Shown here piece by piece: positions 1-8,869 of a DNA stretch of 64,000 nucleotides (the stretch's first letter is position 1; every line of letters begins with the position of its first letter). The DNA lies in the NCBI GenBank assembly GCA_024331095.1, contig JANDJE010000003.1:35768-99767 (forward strand). The letters are read 5' to 3'. A program made the translations under genes and the position numbers. Under the pieces are notes generated by a model, which saw only the letters and a list, made by a program, of their open reading frames with translations, was not told the origin of the DNA and did no database searches. The DNA comes from Nitrospira sp. GTDB lineage: Bacteria; Nitrospirota; Nitrospiria; Nitrospirales; Nitrospiraceae.

Positions 1-288
1 GCGAAATTGGTCGAGGACGCGCGGGATGTTCTCGAGGAGATTCTCCCTCAGCTTGACGCGCGTCTGCGGGCTTCCCTCTCGCTCGGCGACGAGTCTGCGA
101 CGCCGCGCGAACCGCTCGGGCGGGAGGATGCCGCCGTCTACGAAGCCCTGTCCTCAGACGCCCAATCGGTCGATACGCTCATCGAGCGAACGGGACTCCG
201 TGCCGCCACGGTCGTCGCCAGCCTGCTTGCACTCGAATTGTCGGGGCGCGTGCGCCAGTTGCCCGGCCAACAGTATGTCAAGTTGTGA
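1..288 (+). CDS. dprA: DNA-processing protein DprA, C-terminal part (5' truncated by window edge)
   Basis: 'LVEDARDVLEE...LLALELSGRVRQLPGQQY' is the DprA winged-helix tail; canonical position upstream of topA. Confidence 0.85.
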   Translation, partial: AKLVEDARDVLEEILPQLDARLRASLSLGDESATPREPLGREDAAVYEALSSDAQSVDTLIERTGLRAATVVASLLALELSGRVRQLPGQQYVKL

Positions 289-369
289 CTCGTGATCCGT
301 TCTTCCAGTTGCATGAATCACCGATATTTGATACGGATGAAACCATGAAGCGAAAAAAACGGAGTCGTC

Positions 370-2706
370 ATGGCGAAGTCATTGGTCATCGTTGAGTCAC
401 CGACCAAAGCCAAAACGGTGACGAAGTATCTCGGTCGCGGGTATGAGGTGCTGGCGTCGGTCGGTCACATCAAAGATTTGCCGACCAGCAAATTGGGGGT
501 CGATCTTGAGCGCGATTTCGCGCCGCAGTACGTGACGATCAAAGGCAAATCGAAGGTGCTGGCCGAGATCAAGAAGAAGGCCGAACGGGCGGACAAAATT
601 TTTCTGGCGCCGGACCCGGATCGGGAGGGCGAGGCCATCGCCTGGCACATCGAACAAGAATTGCTGGGAAAGTCGAAGAAGAGCGGCCGCAAGATCTTTC
701 GCGTTCGATTCAACGAAATCACCGAAACGGCGATCAAGCGCGCGATTCAGTCTCCGAGCGAAATCGACATGCGGCTCGTCAATGCGCAGCAAGCGCGCCG
801 CGTGGTGGATCGCATCGTCGGCTATCAAGGCAGTCAGTTGCTCTGGAGCAAAGTGCGACGCGGGCTCAGCATGGGGCGGGTGCAATCCGTCGCGATGCGG
901 TTGATTTGCGAGCGCGAAGCGGAGCGCGAGGCCTTTCGGGCCGAAGAATACTGGTCGATTACCGCGCTGTTGGCCGGCGCGAACCCGCCGCCGTTCGAGG
1001 CCAAGCTCCACAGCGTCAACGGCCAAGAGGCGGTGATCGAGAACGCCGAGCAGGCCGGTCGTGTGGTGAACGCGATTCTGGGGAAGCCGTTCGTCGTTCG
1101 GTCGATCGAGCGTCGGGAAAAAAAACGGAATCCGGTCGCGCCGTTCATCACGAGTCGTTTGCAGCAGGAAGCCGTCCGCAAGCTGCATTTTTCTCCCAAG
1201 AAAACCATGATGCTGGCGCAACAGCTCTATGAGGGTGTCGAGATCGGGGCCGAAGGGCCGACCGGTCTGATTACGTATATGAGGACCGACTCGACGCGCA
1301 TTTCCGACGAAGCCATGGCCGAGGTGCGCGAGTTGATTCGGTCTCGGTTCGGTCCGGACTATCTGCCGGCTGCGCCCAACGTTTATAAGACCCAGAAAGC
1401 CGCGCAAGAGGCTCATGAAGCGATTCGACCGACGTCGGCCGCGCGGGACCCGGAGTCGATCCGGCAATACCTCGATCATGATCAGTACAGCCTGTACAAG
1501 CTGATTTGGAATCGCTTCGTCGCCTCTCAAATGGTGCCGGCGGTGTTGGACGTGACGCGAATCGACACGTCTCCGGTCGGCACGGCGGATACATACGTCT
1601 TTCGTTCCACCGGGACGATTGTGAAGTTCCCGGGCCACACCATCGTCTACATGGAGGGCGTCGACAAGGAATCGCCTTCGCAGAGACCGAGGAGCGATCA
1701 GGAGGCGGAAGACGACGGCGAGCGCCAGTTGCCGGCTCTCTCGGAGGGCGATCATCTTCGGCTGGTCGACCAAGAAGGCCAAACCGTGCCGGGCTTGACG
1801 TCCAAACAGCACTTCACTCAACCCCCGCCGCGGTACAACGAAGCGCTGTTGATCAAGGAATTGGAGGAAAAGGGCATCGGGCGCCCGTCGACCTACGCCG
1901 CCATCATTTCCACGATTCAAGAGCGCAAGTACGTCGAAAAGGTCGAGGGTCGATTCAGGCCGACCGAGACCGGACGCACGGTGAACGATTTTTTGGTGAA
2001 AGGGTTTCCGGACATCGTGGACGTCGGGTTTACCTCGCAATTGGAAGCGGAGCTGGACGAAGTAGAGGAAGGCAATAAACCATGGGTCGACTCGGTGCGC
2101 GATTTTTACAATCCCTTTGCGGCCGATCTGGAGAGGGCGAAGACGATTCCAGGTCCGAAAGATACGGTCGAGCCGCCTACGGATATTCCCTGCGACAAAT
2201 GCGGCAGGATGATGGAAATCAAATGGGGGCGGAACGGAAGATTTCTGGCGTGCCCCGGCTATAAAGAAGATCCGCCTTGCAAGAATACGCAAAACTTTGA
2301 ACGTCTGCCGGACGGCACCATCAAGGTGGTGCCGAAGCAAGAAATCACGACGGACCAGGTGTGCGAGAAGTGCGGAAGCCCGATGGTTGTCAAGAGCGGA
2401 CGATTCGGCAAATTCATCGCCTGTTCCGCCTATCCGCAGTGTAAGACGACCAAACCGCTGGCGCTGGGCGTGAAATGTCCGCAGCCGGGGTGCGGCGGCG
2501 ACCTCGTGCAAAAACGAACCAGGAAGGGACGATCGTTCTTCGCTTGCAGCAGGTATCCTCAATGCGAATTCGCCATCTGGGATCGACCGGTACCGAAGGC
2601 CTGTCCGACGTGCCACGCTCCGTTCCTCGTCGAAAAAGTCAGCAAGCAAGACGGGCGGAGCGTCCAATGCCGCAATGAAGCGTGCGGCTACCGCGAAGCC
2701 GGTTGA
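370..2706 (+). CDS. topA: DNA topoisomerase I
   Basis: N-terminal TOPRIM (LVIVESP, DPDREGE), active-site ITYMRTDS, GIGRPSTY, C-terminal C4 zinc ribbons. Confidence 0.98.
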   Translation: MAKSLVIVESPTKAKTVTKYLGRGYEVLASVGHIKDLPTSKLGVDLERDFAPQYVTIKGKSKVLAEIKKKAERADKIFLAPDPDREGEAIAWHIEQELLGKSKKSGRKIFRVRFNEITETAIKRAIQSPSEIDMRLVNAQQARRVVDRIVGYQGSQLLWSKVRRGLSMGRVQSVAMRLICEREAEREAFRAEEYWSITALLAGANPPPFEAKLHSVNGQEAVIENAEQAGRVVNAILGKPFVVRSIERREKKRNPVAPFITSRLQQEAVRKLHFSPKKTMMLAQQLYEGVEIGAEGPTGLITYMRTDSTRISDEAMAEVRELIRSRFGPDYLPAAPNVYKTQKAAQEAHEAIRPTSAARDPESIRQYLDHDQYSLYKLIWNRFVASQMVPAVLDVTRIDTSPVGTADTYVFRSTGTIVKFPGHTIVYMEGVDKESPSQRPRSDQEAEDDGERQLPALSEGDHLRLVDQEGQTVPGLTSKQHFTQPPPRYNEALLIKELEEKGIGRPSTYAAIISTIQERKYVEKVEGRFRPTETGRTVNDFLVKGFPDIVDVGFTSQLEAELDEVEEGNKPWVDSVRDFYNPFAADLERAKTIPGPKDTVEPPTDIPCDKCGRMMEIKWGRNGRFLACPGYKEDPPCKNTQNFERLPDGTIKVVPKQEITTDQVCEKCGSPMVVKSGRFGKFIACSAYPQCKTTKPLALGVKCPQPGCGGDLVQKRTRKGRSFFACSRYPQCEFAIWDRPVPKACPTCHAPFLVEKVSKQDGRSVQCRNEACGYREAG

Positions 2707-2988
2707 CGGACTCGAAAACACCACTCCCTTTGCCCTCTGTTGAAGAGTCGTCCCCTGAGGACTGCGGTCGTGTTCCGGAGGAGCGACGATCCATCCTCGC
2801 TCCGTTCCAGAACGGATTCCGAAATCGAACGACCGTCGCTTGACGGATCGCCCGGTCTATTCCCACGCCGAACAAGAAAACAGGAGAGGCTCGGATCGCG
2901 AAGCGCATGCTGCGAGTCGGCCGGAGATCGCCTGCTATACTTCCTCTGGAGAAAATTCGGTTCGGTTGCGGGAAGACGAGAGGAGTCT

Positions 2989-4068
2989 ATGGCTAAAATC
3001 GACGAGTACTTTCACATGATGGTTGATCGGGGCGCGTCCGACCTCCATCTGGTCGCCGGACAAGCGCCGATTTTGCGGATCAATGGCGATTTGGAGCGGG
3101 TCACGACTCAAGGCCCGCTTGACCATGAGGGGTTGAAACAGTTGCTCTATGAGATCACCCCGGCTCCGAAGAAAAACCAGTTTGAAGCGACGGGAGATGT
3201 CGATTTCGGTTACGAAATCCAAGGTCTGGCCAGGTTCCGAGCCAATTTGTTCAACCAAAAGTACGGATGTGCCGCCGTCTTTCGAAAAATCCCCAACCAA
3301 GTGCTGACGGCGGAGGAACTGGGGCTGCCTCCCATCTTGACCAAGGCGGCGATGCTCAAAAAAGGTTTGGTGTTGGTGACGGGGCCGACCGGAAGCGGCA
3401 AGTCGACGACGCTCGCCGCGATGATCGATTACGCGAACAAGCATCGGAAAGATCACATTTTGACCATTGAGGACCCGATCGAGTTCGTGCACCGGAGTCA
3501 GGGATGCGTCGTGAATCATCGGGAAGTCGGAGTTCACACGCAATCGTTCGCCTCCGCGTTGCGCGGCGCGTTGCGGGAAGATCCGGACATCATCCTCGTC
3601 GGCGAGATGCGCGATATGGAAACGATTCGTCTGGCCGTGGAGGCGGCGGCGACGGGACATTTGGTGTTCGGGACGTTGCATACGGAAAACGCGGCGAAAA
3701 CAGTCGATCGGATTATCGAAGTGTTTCCTCACCAGGAACAGACGCAGATCCGCAACACGTTGTCCACGGCGCTGCGAGTGGTCGTGGCGCAGAATCTCTT
3801 CAAGCGCTCGGATCAAAAGGGGCGTTGCGCGGCGCTTGAAATTCTGGTCTGCACTTCGGCCGTCGCGAACTTGATCCGAGACGCCAAGACCTTTCAGATC
3901 GCGTCCGTCATGCAAACGGGCAAGGCGATGGGCATGCAGACTTTGGACGATGCGATTCAGGACTTGCTCAATAAAAAGTGGATTTCTCCGGAGGAGGCCT
4001 ACGAAAAGGCCATCGACAAGAACCGCTTCGCCAAACTGCTCAAAACCCCGCCGGACTCGTTGCAGTAA
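2989..4068 (+). CDS. pilT: Type IV pilus retraction ATPase PilT
   Basis: ASDLHL, Walker A GPTGSGKS, TIEDPIE, ALREDPD, TGHLVFGTLH, GMQT; start reassigned to ATG 2989 after AGGAG. Confidence 0.93.
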   Translation: MAKIDEYFHMMVDRGASDLHLVAGQAPILRINGDLERVTTQGPLDHEGLKQLLYEITPAPKKNQFEATGDVDFGYEIQGLARFRANLFNQKYGCAAVFRKIPNQVLTAEELGLPPILTKAAMLKKGLVLVTGPTGSGKSTTLAAMIDYANKHRKDHILTIEDPIEFVHRSQGCVVNHREVGVHTQSFASALRGALREDPDIILVGEMRDMETIRLAVEAAATGHLVFGTLHTENAAKTVDRIIEVFPHQEQTQIRNTLSTALRVVVAQNLFKRSDQKGRCAALEILVCTSAVANLIRDAKTFQIASVMQTGKAMGMQTLDDAIQDLLNKKWISPEEAYEKAIDKNRFAKLLKTPPDSLQ

Positions 4069-4266
4069 CGGAGGTGCCGAAGCATCCAATCGCTTTCTGC
4101 TGCGGCGTCTTGTCGTCCGATGCTCGTCTCGAAGCGTCGATCGGCGTCTTCTTCTTGTCGGTTCCGGGCGATCGTGATGTCTTCGAGTTGGAGATTCCGT
4201 ACCGACTCGCGTAAGATGCGGTCGCCCACGAAACGAAAATCGGAAAATCATAGGAAAGGGTTGTTC

Positions 4267-4641
4267 ATGTCCGCGACCACGCCACAGATGCTCCATTCCC
4301 TCTTTATTGCCGCCTTCAACAGCGGCAACCTCGATGCGCTTGTGGCTTTATATGAGCCGGGCGCGGCTCTGGTCACACCGGAGGGGGCGACCCAGACGGG
4401 CGCAGGACAACTGCGGACTTCCTTTCAAGCCCTTATCGGCATGAAAGGAAGGATGACTATCGACACTGTGTGCGTGATCGAGGCCGACGGGATCGCCCTC
4501 TTGCGAGGTTCCTGGAGCCTTGAAAGTTCGGCCCCAGATGGCGCACCGGTCACCATGAAGGGCCAAAGCATCGAGGCGGCAAGGAGACAGCAGGACGGTT
4601 CGTGGCGCTTTATCATCGATCATCCTTTCGGCGCCATGTAA
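4267..4641 (+). CDS. SnoaL/NTF2-like (DUF4440/YybH) protein
   Basis: AFNSGNLDALVALYEPGA ... RRQQDGSWRFIIDHP pattern. Confidence 0.8.
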   Translation: MSATTPQMLHSLFIAAFNSGNLDALVALYEPGAALVTPEGATQTGAGQLRTSFQALIGMKGRMTIDTVCVIEADGIALLRGSWSLESSAPDGAPVTMKGQSIEAARRQQDGSWRFIIDHPFGAM

Positions 4642-4694
4642 CAGCCGAAAGTTTCTTTGGGAATTGAAGTATCATCTATCGGGAGGCACCTGAC

Positions 4695-5246
4695 GTGAAG
4701 AGATGGTTGATCGTCGCGTTGTCGGGCTGGTTGCTCGGCGGCTGCGCGGGTATGGAATCGAGAGGGGACTTGCCCACGGTGACGCGGGTTGATCTCCATC
4801 GCTATGCCGGGATTTGGTATGAGATCGCGAGGTTGCCGATGTGGTTCCAGCGTCACTGCGTGGATTCAAGAGCGGTTTACACGGTTCGATCGGATGGACG
4901 GATCGGCGTGCATAATGAATGTGTGACCGATGACGGCGGCACGACCATGGCCGATGGGGTCGCGACCGTGGTCGATGCGAAGACCAACGCGCGACTCGCG
5001 GTGGTATTCGACAATTGGTTCGCCCGCTTGTTCGGATCGTCCAGAGAGGGAAATTACTGGATTCTCGACCTCGATCCGGAGTACCGCACGGTGTTGGTGG
5101 GCACGCCGGATCGGCGGTATCTCTGGATCCTTGCCCGTGCGCCTCGGCTTGACGGTGAGACCTACGACACGCTCGTGCAACGCGCCAAAGAATTGGGCTA
5201 CCCGGTCGAGAGGCTGATCCGAGATCGACGCTCCGGGCCTTCGTAG
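4695..5246 (+). CDS. blc: Bacterial lipocalin (Blc-like lipoprotein)
   Basis: Lipobox LGGC, VDLHRYAGIWYEIAR, YWIL, YLWILAR lipocalin motifs. Confidence 0.9.
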   Translation: MKRWLIVALSGWLLGGCAGMESRGDLPTVTRVDLHRYAGIWYEIARLPMWFQRHCVDSRAVYTVRSDGRIGVHNECVTDDGGTTMADGVATVVDAKTNARLAVVFDNWFARLFGSSREGNYWILDLDPEYRTVLVGTPDRRYLWILARAPRLDGETYDTLVQRAKELGYPVERLIRDRRSGPS

Positions 5247-5270
5247 GGTAGCGAGCCCGTGTCGCGATGA

Positions 5271-5293
5271 AGCGCAGGGACAATCCCTGCGCT
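5271..5293. terminator. Hairpin between convergent blc and DUF1269 genes
   Basis: agcgcaggga-caa-tccctgcgct perfect 10-bp stem. Confidence 0.6.
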
Positions 5294-5309
5294 CGTTTCG
5301 TCGGGAGTC

Positions 5310-5858
5310 TTACTCCCGACCCCGTTGTTTGTCATGGTGCCGAGAAAGGGCCGCACGCAGCCGTTCTTCCTGTTCCTTGCTGAGCGAAGTCTTGAGGACC
5401 GTTCCCTCGTATTTTGAGATTTTGCTCAGCAACTTGTCTTCGTCAAAATGAATCAGGAGAAAAATTGCGGAGGTGCCCGGCGCGATGGTGCTTCCAAGAG
5501 CTTTGATGAAGGTGTCGGGGATTCCATAATCGCTCAAAATCCCGAATTCCTCGGCGGCCTTGGTCAGCGCGCCGGCTCCCGCTCCGCCCGCGATGCTGCC
5601 GAGCAGTCCGGCGAGGGGATTCATGAAGAGCAGCCCCATGAGCCCGCCCCATAAGATGCCCAGTGCAACCCCGTGAGTCGTGGCGCCTCCGAATACATCG
5701 ACGCATTGCTTGAGGTGGACCTTCCCGTCCTTATCCCGGACGACGATGACCGCGTCCTCCAGATCCAGGACGTATTGTGATTCCATGGCCCGCAGTTCAT
5801 TGAGCACCTGGTCGGCGGTGCTGGAATCCTTAAATGCGATGCAGACGAGTTGACTCAT
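5310..5858 (-). CDS. DUF1269 family membrane protein
   Basis: LEDAVIVVRDKDGKVHLKQ, Gly-rich TM, DYGIPDTFIK, PGTSAIFLL, VLKTSLS; AGGAG RBS. Confidence 0.88.
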   Translation of the reverse strand: MSQLVCIAFKDSSTADQVLNELRAMESQYVLDLEDAVIVVRDKDGKVHLKQCVDVFGGATTHGVALGILWGGLMGLLFMNPLAGLLGSIAGGAGAGALTKAAEEFGILSDYGIPDTFIKALGSTIAPGTSAIFLLIHFDEDKLLSKISKYEGTVLKTSLSKEQEERLRAALSRHHDKQRGRE

Positions 5859-6148
5859 GGTCTGTCTCCTTAACCGGTTTGTGCATCAAAATGATGCACC
5901 CGCGTGAATTGATTCGGACTCGGTGGCCATCGACGGGTGAACGTCGCAACCGTGTTGCTACTAGTTAGCAGCAGGGATGCCCTGAGGGCAAGAGACATTC
6001 TTCTGATGCCGTTGGTCGATCGGCTGCGCGCCGTTGTGTCGTCTCGCCTCTTGTTTTCCGCGCCTCGTTCCTCTTAATCTGAGCCGCTTCATTCGATGGT
6101 ATGGAAGACGGCGGCGACAGGCGCCGCCCGGGAGGAGTTCCAATCGTC

Positions 6149-6769
6149 ATGTTGCAAGCTGTTTCGTTGAGCTGTCGGCGGGGGGATCGGCGGCTGTTTT
6201 CCGGCGTGAACGTGACGGTGCAGCCGGGCACCGTGCTGGCCGTGGTCGGAGAAAACGGAAGCGGAAAGACGAGTTTCCTTCGCATGTTGTGCAACTTGCT
6301 GGCTCCCGAGGAGGGAGTCGTTCTATGGCACGGGGTCGATATTCGCCGGCTCAAAGAACTGTATTACGCGCAATTGACCTATATCGGCCACCTCAATGGA
6401 ATCAAGGATGATCTGACGGCGATGGAAAATCTTCTGCTCACCGGCGCCTTGACCGGCGATCGTCCGTCCGATACCTCCGTTCGGGACGCACTGGAGGCCG
6501 TCGGCCTGAAACAGCGGATTCATCATCTGCCCACCAGAGTGTTGTCGCAAGGACAAAAGCGGCGCGTGGCGCTGGCCCGCCTCTGGCTCTCGACCCATCC
6601 CCTGTGGCTCTTGGACGAGCCGTTTACTTCGTTGGATCAGGCGGCGACGGCTCTGGTGACGGAGCGGCTGCGGTCGCACTTGCAGGGCGGAGGACTCGCG
6701 GTCGTCGTGACGCACCATGAGGTGGCTCTTCCGTCCGAGATGGTTCAGCGTTTGAGGCTGGACGGATGA
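6149..6769 (+). CDS. ccmA: Cytochrome c biogenesis ABC ATPase CcmA
   Basis: GENGSGKT, LSQGQKRRVALARL, WLLDEPF; first gene of ccm operon; GGAGGAG upstream of ATG 6149. Confidence 0.95.
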   Translation: MLQAVSLSCRRGDRRLFSGVNVTVQPGTVLAVVGENGSGKTSFLRMLCNLLAPEEGVVLWHGVDIRRLKELYYAQLTYIGHLNGIKDDLTAMENLLLTGALTGDRPSDTSVRDALEAVGLKQRIHHLPTRVLSQGQKRRVALARLWLSTHPLWLLDEPFTSLDQAATALVTERLRSHLQGGGLAVVVTHHEVALPSEMVQRLRLDG

Positions 6770-7449
6770 GTCAGCCGGGTTTGTGGGAGACGTTGCGCGG
6801 GATTATCTGGCGGGATCTCCTGCTGGCGATCCGCCGTCGATCCGACGTGGCGATTTCGGTGTTGTTCTTGGTCATTGTGGCGAGTCTGTTTCCCTTGGGG
6901 GTGGGGCCGGAGCCGGCGGTGCTGAGGACCATTGCCGCCGGGGTGCTTTGGGTGGCCGCGCTCTTGGCCTGTCTCTTGTCGCTTGGACGGGTGTTTACGG
7001 CCGATTATCTTGACGGGGTCTTGGAGCAGATGCTGTTGATCGCTCAGCCGTTGCCCGTTCTGGTGGCGGGGAAAGTTTTTGCGCATTGGGTGGTGTCCGG
7101 GTTGCCCGTGGTGCTGCTGTCGCCGTTGCTCGGCCTCCAATTCGGCTTGGAAGGCGAGGCATTGGGCATGCTGGTCCTCTCGCTCTTGCTTGGGACGCCG
7201 ACGTTGAGTATGATTGGAAGCATTGGTGCCGCGCTGGTGCTTGGAGTGCGCGGAAGCGGGCTGTTGGTCGCCCTCTTGGTGCTTCCCCTTTACGTTCCGG
7301 TGCTGATCTTCGGAGCCGGCGCCGTCACGAGCAGCATGGCGGGAATCGGCGGCGAGGCCAATCTCTCGTTACTTGGAGCCTGTCTCGTTGTATCGGTGTT
7401 TTTTGCGCCCTGGGCCACGGCGTCGGCGCTGCGCATCGCGCTCGAATAG
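6766..7449 (+). CDS. ccmB: Heme exporter CcmB
   Basis: LFPLGVGPEP, DYLDGVLEQ, LVLPLYVPVLIFG; operon position. Confidence 0.95.
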   Translation: MSQPGLWETLRGIIWRDLLLAIRRRSDVAISVLFLVIVASLFPLGVGPEPAVLRTIAAGVLWVAALLACLLSLGRVFTADYLDGVLEQMLLIAQPLPVLVAGKVFAHWVVSGLPVVLLSPLLGLQFGLEGEALGMLVLSLLLGTPTLSMIGSIGAALVLGVRGSGLLVALLVLPLYVPVLIFGAGAVTSSMAGIGGEANLSLLGACLVVSVFFAPWATASALRIALE

Positions 7450-7476
7450 GAAAACAGCAGGAAGGATGTTGAGAAG

Positions 7477-8223
7477 GTGAATTGGTCAAAGTATTCGGCA
7501 CCACTGGCGTTTTATCCGCTGGCGGGGAGGATGATTCCTTGGTTCGGGACGGTCGCGGCGCTGGCGATCGCCGTGGGACTCTACATCGGGCTGCTCGTCG
7601 CGCCGACCGATTTTCAGCAGGGCGAAGCCTATCGGATCATTTTCGTCCACGTGCCGGCCGCGTGGATGTCCATGTTTCTCTATGTCGTCATGGCGGTGTG
7701 GGCCGCCGTGGGCCTGGGGCTCAACGCGCGCCTCTCGTTCATGATGACGCAGGCCATTGCGCCGACCGGCGCGATGTTCACCTTTCTTGCGCTGTTGACC
7801 GGGGCGATGTGGGGGAAACCGACGTGGGGAGCCTGGTGGGTGTGGGACGCCAGACTGACGTCGGAATTGATTCTCCTGTTTCAATATGCGGGCGTGATGT
7901 TGTTACGGACGTCGATCGACGATCAGCGCCGCGCCGATCGCGCGAGCGGGGTCTGCGCGTTGGTCGGCGTCGTCAACATTCCCATCATCTATTTTTCGGT
8001 CCAGTGGTGGAACACGTTGCATCAAGGGGCGTCGGTCAGTATGACGGCGGCGCCGAAAATGGCGACGATCATGCTGACGGGCATGTTGCTGATGACGTTC
8101 GGCTTCTGGATGTACAGTCTGGCGGTGATCCTAAGCCGTGCTCGATGCGTGATCCTTGAGCGGGAAAGTCTCCAGTTGTGGAGCAAACCGTCGTCGGTAC
8201 CGGAAGTCGCGGGGGTGCGCTGA
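7477..8223 (+). CDS. ccmC: Heme exporter CcmC
   Basis: WWD motif WGKPTWGAWWVWDARLT, HVP, WWNTLHQ. Confidence 0.97.
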   Translation: MNWSKYSAPLAFYPLAGRMIPWFGTVAALAIAVGLYIGLLVAPTDFQQGEAYRIIFVHVPAAWMSMFLYVVMAVWAAVGLGLNARLSFMMTQAIAPTGAMFTFLALLTGAMWGKPTWGAWWVWDARLTSELILLFQYAGVMLLRTSIDDQRRADRASGVCALVGVVNIPIIYFSVQWWNTLHQGASVSMTAAPKMATIMLTGMLLMTFGFWMYSLAVILSRARCVILERESLQLWSKPSSVPEVAGVR

Positions 8224-8393
8224 TGTACTGGGGAAGTCTGAGCGAATTTCTTGAGATGGGCGGCTATGGTCTGTACGTCTGGACGTCGTTCATCATCACG
8301 GCGCTCTGTATGGTGTGGGAGATTCTCGCGCTCTGGCGTCGGCGCGCCGCCGCGATCGCTGAAAGCCGGGGCATCGTGAGGGACATCAGATGA
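8223..8393 (+). CDS. ccmD: Heme exporter CcmD
   Basis: [20 protein letters not shown]; overlaps ccmC stop and ccmE start. Confidence 0.9.
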   Translation: MYWGSLSEFLEMGGYGLYVWTSFIITALCMVWEILALWRRRAAAIAESRGIVRDIR

Positions 8394-8857
8394 CGCCTCG
8401 GCAAAAACGATTTGCGTTCGTCGGTCTGGGTTTGCTGGTGTTGGGAGTGGCGACGGCGCTGGTGTTGAACGCGTTTCAGAGCAATCTGGTATTCTTTTTC
8501 ACGCCGACGCAGGTGGCCAACGGCGAGGTGCCTAAGGGGCGGAGTTTTCGAATCGGCGGGATGGTCGAAGACGGGAGTGTCAAACGCGAAGCCGACGGCC
8601 TGACCGTCCGCTTCGTGGTGACGGACACCGCCAAGCGCGTGCCGGTGGTTTATAAAGGCATTCTGCCGGATCTTTTCAAGGAAGGGAAAGGGGCGGTCGC
8701 CCAAGGTCGGCTTGACGCCGATGGGACGTTCGTTGCCAGTGAGGTGCTGGCCAAGCACGACGAAAATTATATGCCGCCCGAGGCCGCCGAAGCTTTGGCC
8801 AAAGCCAAGGCCTCCGGCGCCCAGAGCAGCAATACGTTGATTGTTCAACCCCAATAG
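8390..8857 (+). CDS. ccmE: Heme chaperone CcmE
   Basis: LPDLFKEG and [12 protein letters not shown] (HxxxY heme motif). Confidence 0.97.
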   Translation: MTPRQKRFAFVGLGLLVLGVATALVLNAFQSNLVFFFTPTQVANGEVPKGRSFRIGGMVEDGSVKREADGLTVRFVVTDTAKRVPVVYKGILPDLFKEGKGAVAQGRLDADGTFVASEVLAKHDENYMPPEAAEALAKAKASGAQSSNTLIVQPQ

Positions 8858-8869
8858 GACATACCCGCC

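Noticed and set aside
397-2724. 775-aa antisense ORF over topA (likewise 8264-10837, 2935-4296, 31970-33742, 55213-56550)
   Set aside because: Shadow ORFs produced by GC-rich codon bias opposite well-identified genes; no motifs.
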